From positions 1 through 58,843 of the forward strand of contig JAKEFG010000001.1 in assembly GCA_022616195.1 (NCBI GenBank): DNA of 58,843 nt. The letters run 5' to 3'. The position numbers were made by a program, and so were the translations under genes. Source of the DNA: Candidatus Wolfebacteria bacterium (GTDB lineage Bacteria > Patescibacteriota > Minisyncoccia > Phycocordibacterales > EsbW-18). A model generated the notes under the pieces. It was given only the letters and a program-made list of their open reading frames with translations. It was not told where the DNA came from and made no database searches. Of this stretch, positions 30,116-39,377 are shown piece by piece (the first letter of the stretch is position 1; every line of letters starts with the position of its first letter).

Positions 30116-30120
30116 GGCGG

Positions 30121-32028
30121 TTACCGGAGAATGTCAAGCATTTTTGTTTTACTCATCATGACAACATTTGTGGTGGAGTCGGCACCGCCATAGTACAGGA
30201 AGATGGTGTCGTCGCGAAGTACCGCACCGCACGGGAACACTACCTGTGCTGTTTGCCCCTTCTGTTCATACGGTTCTGTGGGTTCTAGAAGCGGTGCGGT
30301 GGTGCGTGAGCGGACAATAGTGGGGTTCCTACGATCAAGCAGTACTGCCCCGACGCGATAGGTGTTGTCGTCGGCGATACCGTGGTAGAACAGGAGCCAG
30401 TGTTCGCCGCAGAGAAACGGCGGTGCGGCGATGCCTACTTTTTTACTATCCCACATACCGTGTCGCGGCTGGAACAACTGCACACACTTGGTAACTTTTT
30501 GTGTGCTGAAGTCCAAGCTTTCCAGAAAGTCAATACACACAACTTCGCCAATACGATGAAATAGTAAATATTTTCCCCTTACCATCTCCGGGAGAAGTGC
30601 AGTGTCTTTGTCGGCAATACCTGGCGGGGTGATGGTTTCCGGCTTGGACCACTCCCACTCACGCGCCAGGAATTTTTTTACCGGGAGAGAACTCACCGCG
30701 ACCTGCGGCTCATCCTTGCCGTTGTATGCCGTGTAAAAGACGTACAACATGTCCCCGATTTGAATAATTCTCGGATCTTCACAGCCGGAATTGCCGGCTG
30801 ATGCTTTTGTTTCAAATATCTCCCTCGGCACATAGACCGGATCATCAAGCCGCGCGTCAATCCTGATGCCGTCCTTGCTTCGCGCGTACCCCAAGGTGGA
30901 GGTGTTATCAAGTGACATGGCACGGTATAAGAGGTGTACATCACCATTGAGGTCAATTGCCGCCGGGTTGAACGTTGCCTTTGCTTCCCAGAAGTACTCG
31001 GTACGCGGGGTGATAATCGGGTTCTCTGATGCGCGGCGGACATGCCGTTCCCGCCGTTTTGGTAGCATGCTGTCCAGAAGATTTTTCAGGTTGACGTGTG
31101 CAGTGCATGACGTGGTATCCGCCGCGCCATAGAATATCTCAAGCTCATTGCCGCGCACCAGCGCTCCGGAAGGAAAGACGACATGCGGTACCAGACCGAG
31201 GTGCTCATACAGTTCATCGGGGACAAGTATCGGTCCCGCGGTTCTTCCGATACTACGGCGCGGGTCGTCTTTGTCTAGAAGAAGCACCTCAACGCCAAAC
31301 ATCTTGTCGTGTTCGGTAAAGTAGTTTTTCGTGTGCGAGTAAATGAGGAGCCATCCTGCGTCTGTTTCAATGGGAACGGCACCTACCTCCGCCCGGTCTT
31401 GCGGGCTTCGTTTCGGGTCTGGGTCAAGTAGGTGTTCCTCAAGATGCGCGTACCAGTCATTCCAGTAGTCAGGCGACCAAAAGTCCTCAATGGCATCTGC
31501 AAACGCAATGCCAACATATGAAGGCGGGAGATCGGTGTGTACCGTGAGTATGCCCGCGTACTTACCGCCTATTTTTCTCGGGAAGAGCGCAAACGCCTTT
31601 GCATTAAAGGGTGTAACGAGGTGTTTCTCATCAATGGTTTTGAAGTCCCTGGTGGTTGCAACGGCAACCCGGATGCCCTCTGCGGTGAACGGGAACGTAG
31701 AGAGTGCGGTGTAGAAAATATAGTAGATATCGCCAATCTTGGTGATGCGCGGGTCTTCGCACCCGTACCGCTCCCACTCATATTCAGGAACAATAAACTG
31801 TTCGTGGCTGGTGTAATGCTCGTGGTCAGCACTCTCCGCATGCCCGATGGTAGACATGTGGAGCTTCTCGGAACCGAGGAGCTCCGGCTCGCCCATGGCG
31901 CGGTAGAGCACATGCACAATGCCGTCTATCTCCACCGGACTCCAGTTGAACGTTGCTTCCGATTCCCATGAGTGCTCTTTTACCGGCATCAGAATGGGAT
32001 TGTGTTGTGCGCGCTTGACGACAAACAT
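30121..32028 (-). CDS. Tandem two-domain GH130-like glycosidase/phosphorylase
   Basis: Two repeats of NPI..WE..ATFN..LYRAM..GCEDPRI..VVFPxGA..YYGxAD. Confidence 0.88.
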   Translation of the reverse strand: MFVVKRAQHNPILMPVKEHSWESEATFNWSPVEIDGIVHVLYRAMGEPELLGSEKLHMSTIGHAESADHEHYTSHEQFIVPEYEWERYGCEDPRITKIGDIYYIFYTALSTFPFTAEGIRVAVATTRDFKTIDEKHLVTPFNAKAFALFPRKIGGKYAGILTVHTDLPPSYVGIAFADAIEDFWSPDYWNDWYAHLEEHLLDPDPKRSPQDRAEVGAVPIETDAGWLLIYSHTKNYFTEHDKMFGVEVLLLDKDDPRRSIGRTAGPILVPDELYEHLGLVPHVVFPSGALVRGNELEIFYGAADTTSCTAHVNLKNLLDSMLPKRRERHVRRASENPIITPRTEYFWEAKATFNPAAIDLNGDVHLLYRAMSLDNTSTLGYARSKDGIRIDARLDDPVYVPREIFETKASAGNSGCEDPRIIQIGDMLYVFYTAYNGKDEPQVAVSSLPVKKFLAREWEWSKPETITPPGIADKDTALLPEMVRGKYLLFHRIGEVVCIDFLESLDFSTQKVTKCVQLFQPRHGMWDSKKVGIAAPPFLCGEHWLLFYHGIADDNTYRVGAVLLDRRNPTIVRSRTTAPLLEPTEPYEQKGQTAQVVFPCGAVLRDDTIFLYYGGADSTTNVVMMSKTKMLDILR

Positions 32029-32254
32029 GCCAAAATTTAATGAGCACTAGCGAATATAAATTTTGAGCATCCCGTTGTAACTTTACCGTCGCAGAACACG
32101 CGAGATGCGTGGCCGAATAGGCCACCCCTTGCTGGGCGAAGCGTCTCGCCTCGGAATACCTCACGGTGTTGTAAAACCACTCTACTCATGTTTTAGAAAG
32201 TAAAGTTACTGCGGGGTGCCAAATCATAATACACAGAATGCCGACGAATATATA

Positions 32255-34285
32255 TTACCCGACTACAACGCGCCTCATCTCTGTGGTAATCTTTCCTTCG
32301 CGCTTGAGCTCATGGAGAAATCGGTTGAGTGGCGCGGTGGCAACGCACACGTATTTGTCACCCCCGCCGTAGTAGATGAAGAGTGTCTTGTCCACGATCA
32401 CAACGCCGGAGGGATAGATAATGTTTGGCTTCCAGTCGTGCTCGTACCACTCCGCGGGTATCATGATGGGCGTATTCGTGCGGTGGAGCACGTTCTCCGG
32501 ATGCTCAAGGTCAAGGAGCATGGCGCCCACCTTGTAGCGGGAAATATCTTTCTTATCTACGGCGCCGTAAATGGCAAGCCAGCCGTCTTTTGTCTTGACG
32601 GGGGACGCCGCCAAACTGATTTTGTGGCTGTCCCAGTGATTGTGCCGAACGGTGATGCGCTTCTGGTGTTTGACGAGCTCCTTCCAGCGCTCGCTGAACT
32701 GAATCGCATAGCCGTGGTCGTCCGGGTAATCTGTTTCTTCAAATACAAAATGGGGGTAGGTGCCGTGATGAATGACGCACTTGCCGTTCTTAAATCGCCA
32801 ATCGGCGATTGAGGGTGTCGGGTTAATCCAGCGCTTGTCGCTTTCAAAGTTAAGGTCGGGCAGGTACTCAACAATAATGTCGGGCCACGAACGGTGAAAG
32901 ACCACATACTGACCGTTAATGGTCTCCGGCAGGAGACACGCGCTCTTGCTGTCCACTTCGGGCGGTGACATCAGCGCCGGCTCGCTCCACTTATCCCAGC
33001 GTTTATTCAAAAAGTCATCAACACTGATGGAAGAGATTGCGGTGTGTGTTGGCCAGCTTCCTGGCATGGCGACGTAGGTGAGATACACCCGGTCGCCGAT
33101 GCGGACGATTTTCGGGTCTTCGCAGCCGCCCCAGCCGCCGCCTGACGGATTGTTCTCGCTGAACCCAGTTGGATTTTTGCCGGCGCCCTCAAACCACGCG
33201 CGTGCGGCGTATGCCGGTCTCTCGCCGCGCTCGTCAATATGTATGCCGTCGCTTGCCGATGCGTAGCCGAAGCTTGAGGAGCCGTTGTAGCCGACCGCGC
33301 GGTACATAAAGTGTGTCTTGCCGTCCAAACGAAGTGCTGCCGGGTTTAAGGTGCCCATTGCTTCCCACGCGTGGTCTTCGCGCGGCGAGAGAATGGGGTT
33401 ATTATCGTGACGTTCTACCTTCACCGGCTCGCGAACTGCGCCCGTAATGTTAATGAATACGTTTGGAACTGCGACGGCGATAAGTCCTGATGTTTGGGTG
33501 TTCCAATAAAGGAAAATTCGCTCCCCAGTGATGAGCACCCCCACTGGTTTTGCGCCCCCCGTCTCAACCGAGGTGCTCCACAGTGGCTCATCAGAGCGCC
33601 AAATGACGCGGGACGGATCATTTGTATCAAAGAGCACTGCCCCGACCTGCAGGAGTGACTCGCTGGGACTCGTCTGCCGCGAGGCGTCGTATATGACGAA
33701 GAAACCATGTTCCGTCTGCACCGCACCCAAGGGCTTGAATGATGTATCAAATCGGTTGCTCCGTCCACGAGCGAGTGCGTGACCAGACGTGTGCCAAACA
33801 CCCTTGGCGTACAAGAATGCAATGTGCATATCACGCTCGCCAAAGAAGAGGACGTGATGATTGTGGTAGAGGTAACCTGGCACCACGGTTCCGGGGAGCG
33901 CGGTGGTTGTGTCGGGATTCTCGGCGTGCCAGTCAGTCAGATTATCTGAGACGGCGGTGACGCGCTCTCGCGCGTCACCGCTCCGGCGCACATACGTCAT
34001 GAAGAAACCAGTGCTGGTTTCACTTACGGAAAAGTTCTCGCACTCGCGTACGTTCTCAAGTTTTTTGCCTGGCAGTGAGATAGTGATACGTTTTTTGGAC
34101 GGGACAAATGTCAATCCATCGTCGCTTCCAAGGAATCGGAGCGTGTGATGGTCATCGCTGCGGTGTCGTGCGATGAGCACCACCTTCGTTCGGTGTCGGA
34201 GGATGCCCAGGGGCTCATACTCACCCTCGGGGCGGTATTTTTTCTTTCCTTGTATGAGTGCTGTGAACCATCTTACAATTCCCAT
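32255..34285 (-). CDS. GH130-like protein with degenerate N-terminal propeller
   Basis: C-terminal domain has NPIL..WE..NPAA..GCEDPKI..IYPSG..YYGGGD; N-terminal domain lacks EDPR. Confidence 0.85.
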   Translation of the reverse strand: MGIVRWFTALIQGKKKYRPEGEYEPLGILRHRTKVVLIARHRSDDHHTLRFLGSDDGLTFVPSKKRITISLPGKKLENVRECENFSVSETSTGFFMTYVRRSGDARERVTAVSDNLTDWHAENPDTTTALPGTVVPGYLYHNHHVLFFGERDMHIAFLYAKGVWHTSGHALARGRSNRFDTSFKPLGAVQTEHGFFVIYDASRQTSPSESLLQVGAVLFDTNDPSRVIWRSDEPLWSTSVETGGAKPVGVLITGERIFLYWNTQTSGLIAVAVPNVFINITGAVREPVKVERHDNNPILSPREDHAWEAMGTLNPAALRLDGKTHFMYRAVGYNGSSSFGYASASDGIHIDERGERPAYAARAWFEGAGKNPTGFSENNPSGGGWGGCEDPKIVRIGDRVYLTYVAMPGSWPTHTAISSISVDDFLNKRWDKWSEPALMSPPEVDSKSACLLPETINGQYVVFHRSWPDIIVEYLPDLNFESDKRWINPTPSIADWRFKNGKCVIHHGTYPHFVFEETDYPDDHGYAIQFSERWKELVKHQKRITVRHNHWDSHKISLAASPVKTKDGWLAIYGAVDKKDISRYKVGAMLLDLEHPENVLHRTNTPIMIPAEWYEHDWKPNIIYPSGVVIVDKTLFIYYGGGDKYVCVATAPLNRFLHELKREGKITTEMRRVVVG

Positions 34286-34290
34286 AGCGG

Positions 34291-34644
34291 TTATGGTGTG
34301 GCGCGTCCATACTTGTCTGTGACGCGCACGATGTCGTTTTCGTCGAAGTCACCAAGGGATATTTCCAAGACGCGCACGGGCGTTCCCAAAGCTCTGATTT
34401 GGTGGTGTGTGCCGGAGGGTATGGCGTAGGTTTTGCCGGGCTCTAAGGGGTAGGTAGTATTACCAATCGTCACCTCGCCCTCTCCGTCAATCGTGTACCA
34501 GAACTCCTCACGCTCGCGGTGGTATTGCAGGGAGAATTCTTCGCCGGGGTTCACCGTGAGAATTTTCACCGTGGAGCGTTCGTTGCGGGAAAACTGTTCA
34601 AAGGTTCCCCACGGACGCCGTTCAATGTAGGGTTCGCGGGACAT
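34291..34644 (-). CDS. Mannose-6-phosphate isomerase type II C-terminal cupin
   Basis: RPWG, SLQYHREREEFW, LEISLGDFDENDIVRVTDKYGR. Confidence 0.92.
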   Translation of the reverse strand: MSREPYIERRPWGTFEQFSRNERSTVKILTVNPGEEFSLQYHREREEFWYTIDGEGEVTIGNTTYPLEPGKTYAIPSGTHHQIRALGTPVRVLEISLGDFDENDIVRVTDKYGRATP

Positions 34645-34754
34645 AATGATTCCCTCTTAGTATACATCGTGAACTTTATATTTTTTGTGTGTATAAACGT
34701 CACCCGGTCTATTTTCAACACCTTGTGTTTTTGTGTCCTGCCTCCCGGACCGGG

Positions 34755-35063
34755 CTACTGTTTGCTTGAGGTGTGTGATGGGTTGCTGTGTTGGTGCAAG
34801 TGCGTATAAAAAATGAGCGTGATGACAAACGAAAGAAATGTCAGAATGATGAGGATAAGGTCGTCGAGCCCGCCGCTAAACCCCACAAGCTCGCCGATCA
34901 TCCCGAGTGAGATGTCTTTCTCCAGAATGTAGTTGCCGTGTCCGGTCAGAAATACGTTGAGTATACCAAACACGATAGCGCTGAAAAGCGCCGTCAAAAA
35001 TCCTATGCCAAGGGAGAAAATAAATCCTTTTATCACGAATACTGGTTTCTTCGCTGACCCCAT
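34755..35063 (-). CDS. Small two-TM hypothetical protein
   Basis: 102 aa with two hydrophobic segments. Confidence 0.6.
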   Translation of the reverse strand: MGSAKKPVFVIKGFIFSLGIGFLTALFSAIVFGILNVFLTGHGNYILEKDISLGMIGELVGFSGGLDDLILIILTFLSFVITLIFYTHLHQHSNPSHTSSKQ

Positions 35064-35079
35064 GGCAACAACTGCTCTC

Positions 35080-35400
35080 TCACTTGTGTTCTTGTGATGT
35101 AGGGCGTTTTTGCCGAAAGGATGTGATGAGCCAGATAATAATAAGCACAGGATAGTAAATCGCGGCGACGATTATTGTAATGAGAAAAAGTGCGACAAAG
35201 AGCAGATTGCCGTTCTCCCCCACCGTGTTTGCAATGAGTTGTGAGAATGCCAGTGTGAGCGCGGGTATGAGCACTAATGCAGCCCACCGCCACCTGTTTT
35301 TGAGAGTGATGCCAAAAACAATAGTGAGTGCGATGCCGATGATTGGTACAAACGTTCCGACGAGGACAAGAAGGTTTTCAACATGATATCAGTTACTCAT
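35080..35400 (-). pseudogene. Three-TM membrane protein with in-frame TGA at codon 4
   Basis: ATG AGT AAC TGA TAT CAT GTT..., then an open hydrophobic frame to 35080; the ATG overlaps the end of the upstream gene. Confidence 0.5.
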
Positions 35401-35818
35401 CAGGACACGGGGAAAATTCGCAATTGGGGCCGGTGCGTCCGACGTACGAACCGTCGGGGCAGAGCTTCGCTTCAAGCGTACACGCGGTTCCGCCGCTCTG
35501 TTCCCCTCGGATTGCAAAGAGTCCTGCAAAAACGAGTACTGCGATGACAACGAGCGCGCCAATAGTGGCAAAAGTGAGTGAGAGTGCCTCGCGCCGCTTC
35601 CCGTCGAGATACCATATCGCGGGGCGCGCGAAGATGAGAAGTCCCATCACCGCGGCGGAAATGACGAAGACAAGCAGGAAGAGCATTGGGCCGAGGTAGC
35701 CGTCCGGCTCGCCCCCGAAGATTTTTTCAACGTTTGTCATGAACGCGGCGACAAGCGCAATGTAGAGCGCCGCCCCCACCGCGTGCCCGAGCGCGTATTT
35801 GAAGATGATGTTATTCAT
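35393..35818 (-). CDS. Three-TM protein with C-terminal CTxEAKxCPDGSxVGRxGPNCEFxxCP domain
   Basis: Motif visible; start follows TGCTATACT. Confidence 0.8.
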   Translation of the reverse strand: MNNIIFKYALGHAVGAALYIALVAAFMTNVEKIFGGEPDGYLGPMLFLLVFVISAAVMGLLIFARPAIWYLDGKRREALSLTFATIGALVVIAVLVFAGLFAIRGEQSGGTACTLEAKLCPDGSYVGRTGPNCEFSPCPDE

Positions 35819-35841
35819 ACGGAGAAGTATAGCAAATGTCT

Positions 35842-36804
35842 TTAGTAATAGATGGTTTTTGTCCGATGATAAGGTCTGTCGTCTGGGGATTTTGTCTGTC
35901 CGGCATGCCACAGGTAATTGTCGAGTCGTGCAGAGGTCAAGTCGGGATTGTTGGGAATCAGTTGTTGCTTCATTCTTTCTACTGCCCAGATAGTTGCCGC
36001 CCGTATCTCCACTTCTTCTCTTGAGCCAGCGTGGATTTCGACGAGCGAGTCAATTCTCTCTGCAAGAGCGGGTGCGTATGTAAGAATCCCGAACCTTCTC
36101 AATATCTGGGGGACCTTGTAGTCAGCAAAGGCGGTCAGCTTATCGTGATTTGTAAGTTCCCGCTGACTCTTTTTGCCAAGTCGGTAGTTAATCATATCGG
36201 TATTCAGCTGAGCTCTCTTGTGAAAGTCAACTCGCACTCCATCAAGGGTCGTGTGGTCGTCAAAAGAAGGAAAAAATCGCACTAAAAGATTTGTGAGCTC
36301 AACCGCGTCACCGTTCGCGGCATGAAATACATTGACGAGTTGCCCGTCGAAATGTTCCAAAAGCACCTTTCCCCCTTCATGAAGACAATTTACTCGTTCA
36401 TCCAACAGGGGAATTATTATGTTGCCTTTCAACACCTCCTCTAGTTGTTCTTGAGTCATCTCTGACAAATAGTTCGCGTCAAGAACAGGAATGTCGTTTC
36501 TCAAGGCATCTTCCAGTGCGAGAAAGAGTCCGCTGGCACCGTCAAACACTTCCCCGCGGATAGTGACTCGCCATTTTTCTTCGCCCCCTCCTGTCCAAAA
36601 GCAGAAATTGACACAATTAAAGAGACACACCAAACTGATTGATTTTTCTATGTCCCATTCCTGAAGTGTATCTCCCAGCCCCGAGCTCTCGAAATTTCTG
36701 GAAGAAAACGACTTGCAGAATTCCTCAACAGCATCGTCATCGATAAAGACGTGCTCGGAGGAGTTGACTATTTTCTGTGTGGAAGGAAGAACGTCTTGCA
36801 GCAT
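35842..36804 (-). CDS. Queuosine salvage glycosylase (DUF2419/Qng1 family)
   Basis: NFCFW, FHKRAQL, LTAFADYKVPQIL, EVEIRA, LDNYLW, PYHRTKTIYY. Confidence 0.9.
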   Translation of the reverse strand: MLQDVLPSTQKIVNSSEHVFIDDDAVEEFCKSFSSRNFESSGLGDTLQEWDIEKSISLVCLFNCVNFCFWTGGGEEKWRVTIRGEVFDGASGLFLALEDALRNDIPVLDANYLSEMTQEQLEEVLKGNIIIPLLDERVNCLHEGGKVLLEHFDGQLVNVFHAANGDAVELTNLLVRFFPSFDDHTTLDGVRVDFHKRAQLNTDMINYRLGKKSQRELTNHDKLTAFADYKVPQILRRFGILTYAPALAERIDSLVEIHAGSREEVEIRAATIWAVERMKQQLIPNNPDLTSARLDNYLWHAGQTKSPDDRPYHRTKTIYY

Positions 36805-36838
36805 GTGTTTTAGTCGGCTAGTGCCTAGAGCCTAGCAG

Positions 36839-38374
36839 CTACAAGCTGGTTAGTTGTTTTGGCCGGTACTGCAACGCCTCAAGGATGTGTGATTCGGAAA
36901 CATCGTCCGCACTCTCTAGGTCGGCAATCGTGCGCGCAAGTTTAATCACTTTGTGATACGCGCGGGCGGAGAGGTCCAGCTGTTTTGCCGACTGCTTGAG
37001 CACTTCCTCCACGTCGGGCGCGAGCGGCACAAATGTCTCCAGTTCTTTGACGCCCATATCGCTGTTGGTACGCACCGCGTCGTTCTCGCCGAACCGCGTC
37101 CTCTGCAGCTCGCGCGCACCGCGCACCCGTTCGCGTATTGAAACCGACGACTCGCCCTTCTTGTGTTTTTGCGAAAGTTTTTCGTGGCTCACGGCACCCA
37201 CGTCAAGCCAGAGATCAATGCGGTCAATAATGGGTCCTGAAAGTTTTCTGCGGTAGCGCTCAAGATTTGCCGGAGCGCACACGCAGGTTTTCCCCGTACC
37301 GAAGTTGCCGCACGGACACGGGTTCATCGCGGCAAGCAAAATAAAGTTTGCCGGAAATTGGGCGGAGCCGCGCGCGCGTGAAACGGAAACAACCCTGTCT
37401 TCAAGCGGCTGGCGGAGCGCTTCAAGCACCCGCCGTTCAAATTCCGGGAACTCGTCAAGAAACAAAACACCGCGGTGTGCGAGTGTGATCTCTCCGGGCT
37501 TGGGGACGGTGCTGCCGCCGACGAGCGAGATGTGGCTTGCGGTGTGGTGTGGACTGCGCAGGGGCGGGTGTGTCACGAGGTCGTCGCGCAAGGCACCCGC
37601 GACCGAGTGAATGCCGGTTACCTCAAGTACTTCGTCAAAGGAGAGGGGCGGCAGAATTCCCGTGAACGCTTTGGCAAGCATGGTTTTGCCTGTTCCCGGC
37701 GGGCCGTACATCGCAACGTTGTGCCCGCCCGCGGCGGCGATTTCTAGCCCGCGTTTCGCCGTTTCCTGCCCGCGCACGTCGGCAAAATCAATCACGTAGA
37801 GGGGCTCGCGGTACTCTACAATCGTCTGCGGATGTGGCGAGAGAAACGTGTTGGTCTTTTGATTTAAGTGGTCAATGATGTCGGAGAGCGAATCGGCGGC
37901 GAATACCGCAACGCCGTCAATAAGCGCCGCCTCGCGCGCGTTTGCCTCGGGTACGAAAATATCGGTGAAGCCGCGCCGCTTCGCCTCGCGCACGAGCGGC
38001 AGGACGCCGCGAAGCGGACGCAGCTCGCCGTCAAGCGACAGTTCCCCGAGAAAAAGTTTCTTCTCGGGGTTGAATTGCATATCGCCCGCCGCGAGAAGGT
38101 ACGCAAGCGCAATCCCAAGGTCAAAGTTCGCACCCTCTTTTTTGAGGTCGGCGGGCGCAAGCGAGATGACGATTTTCTGGTTCTTTTCTTTTGGCGACTT
38201 CAAGCCGGAGTTCTTGATAGCGGCGGCGAAGCGGTCGCGCGCCTCCTCCACCGCTTTGTCGGGAAGCCCCACAATGGAGAACGCATGAAGCCCGCGCGCG
38301 AGGTCGGCTTCAATGACGATGATGTGCGCGTCAAGCATTGACGTCTGCGCACTGTACACTTTTGCAAATGCCAT
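36839..38374 (-). CDS. comM: ComM/YifB Mg-chelatase-like AAA+ ATPase
   Basis: IVGLPDKAVEEAR, GELSLDG, GPPGTGKTMLA, PGEITLAHRGVLFLDE, AAMNPCPCG, ARTIADL. Confidence 0.95.
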   Translation of the reverse strand: MAFAKVYSAQTSMLDAHIIVIEADLARGLHAFSIVGLPDKAVEEARDRFAAAIKNSGLKSPKEKNQKIVISLAPADLKKEGANFDLGIALAYLLAAGDMQFNPEKKLFLGELSLDGELRPLRGVLPLVREAKRRGFTDIFVPEANAREAALIDGVAVFAADSLSDIIDHLNQKTNTFLSPHPQTIVEYREPLYVIDFADVRGQETAKRGLEIAAAGGHNVAMYGPPGTGKTMLAKAFTGILPPLSFDEVLEVTGIHSVAGALRDDLVTHPPLRSPHHTASHISLVGGSTVPKPGEITLAHRGVLFLDEFPEFERRVLEALRQPLEDRVVSVSRARGSAQFPANFILLAAMNPCPCGNFGTGKTCVCAPANLERYRRKLSGPIIDRIDLWLDVGAVSHEKLSQKHKKGESSVSIRERVRGARELQRTRFGENDAVRTNSDMGVKELETFVPLAPDVEEVLKQSAKQLDLSARAYHKVIKLARTIADLESADDVSESHILEALQYRPKQLTSL

Positions 38375-38377
38375 AGT

Positions 38378-38781
38378 CTAGGCGCTAGCGATTAGGCGCT
38401 AGGCTCTAGCTTGGTAATAAAGACATTGAGCACTTTCATAATCTCTCCCAACAATATTTCAATACGAGAATAATCGAGTAATTTGGTTTCATGAAGGCGC
38501 TTGGCAATTTCAATTTGGGTCTCAAGTTCTCCGCCCGAGCCGGACGCAATAAGCAGAAACTGTTTCATCTGCTGATTGCTCCCGCGCAGTTTTCCTTCAG
38601 CTATGTTTGATGGAATGGAAACAGCCGCGCGGCGCATCTGTGAAGTCAGACCGTAGATCTCTTCTTTCGGGAATTTTCTTGTTACAATGTAGACCTCTTC
38701 TACAAGCTCTACGGATTTTTGCCAAACAGTCAGGTCACGATAGGTTTTCATAGCTAGCGCCTAATGCCTAGTGCCTAATGG
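38378..38781. repeat. Inverted heptamer (CTAGYGC) repeat arrays flanking four-helix-bundle gene 2
   Basis: CTAGGCGCTAGCGATTAGGCGCTAGGCTCTAGC at 38378-38410 versus GCTAGCGCCTAATGCCTAGTGCCTAATGG at 38753-38781; third array at 36818-36836. Confidence 0.85.
38392..38751 (-). CDS. Four-helix-bundle protein (23S rRNA IVS protein family)
   Basis: YRDLTVWQKS..FPKEEIYGLTSQMRRAAVSIPSNIAEG..IASGSGGELETQ. Confidence 0.95.
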   Translation of the reverse strand: MKTYRDLTVWQKSVELVEEVYIVTRKFPKEEIYGLTSQMRRAAVSIPSNIAEGKLRGSNQQMKQFLLIASGSGGELETQIEIAKRLHETKLLDYSRIEILLGEIMKVLNVFITKLEPSA

Positions 38782-38786
38782 CTGGT

Positions 38787-39191
38787 TCACTCCGGGCGGA
38801 GCGAGTCGGCGTGCGTGACGCATGTCAGCGCTGCGGGATTTGCTTCAAGACGTTTTACGTCGATCGCTTCTCCACCAACCTCACACGTACCGTAGGTGCC
38901 GTCTTCAATTTTCTTGAGTGCGCGTTTCACATTGTTGTAGCGGATTTCTAGCTCGCGCAGAACTGCGGTGTTCTCCTCATACTCTTCAATCGCATCCGCC
39001 GCTTCATTCTTATCCGCCTGCATCACATCAATGTTTTCGGGCACCGGCTCCCAGTCCCCGGGGTTGCTCGGATTGATGCGTCCCACGGTCTTGAGTTCAC
39101 CCAAAAGCTTCTGCTCTTCGGCGAGCAGTCTTTCTTTGAAATTATTCAGCTGTTCTGGTGAGAGGTCGCCCATAGTTGTTGCGGTGTCCAT
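38787..39191 (-). CDS. TraR/DksA-family protein
   Basis: ADKNEAAD coiled-coil tip; RALKKIEDGTYGTCEVGGEAIDVKRLEANPAALTC. Confidence 0.88.
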   Translation of the reverse strand: MDTATTMGDLSPEQLNNFKERLLAEEQKLLGELKTVGRINPSNPGDWEPVPENIDVMQADKNEAADAIEEYEENTAVLRELEIRYNNVKRALKKIEDGTYGTCEVGGEAIDVKRLEANPAALTCVTHADSLRPE

Positions 39192-39197
39192 GGTACC

Positions 39198-39235
39198 AGA
39201 AAAGCCGCGCGGGCAATAGCCCGCGCGGCTTTTCT
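39198..39235. terminator. Bidirectional terminator hairpin
   Basis: AGAAAAGCCGCGCGGGC-AATA-GCCCGCGCGGCTTTTCT. Confidence 0.85.
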
Positions 39236-39275
39236 TGAGATACCTCTCTCTGAACGCGCTACGCAGGTAGTGAAT

Positions 39276-39377
39276 TCAATCGTGGAGACGCCGCAGGGGG
39301 TGGAGCGGGGCAATGCCCGCCCGTTCGTCGAGCGTTCCTCGGGCGAGGAGTCGCCCGAGAGTAAGGGTGATGTTCAT
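39276..39377 (-). CDS. Candidate 33-aa peptide
   Basis: MNITLTLGRLLARGTLDERAGIAPLHPLRRLHD*, preceded by purine-rich GAAAGAGAGGGGAAGG and followed by a terminator. Confidence 0.35.
   Translation of the reverse strand: MNITLTLGRLLARGTLDERAGIAPLHPLRRLHD

Noticed and set aside
35389-35391. Genetic code 25 (TGA=Gly)
   Set aside because: pilB, dnaA, rsmA and others end at TGA at expected lengths, and long ORFs are intact under code 11.
19528-38781. Diversity-generating retroelement suggested by Avd-like 4HB genes
   Set aside because: No reverse transcriptase and no TR/VR repeat pair seen in the window.
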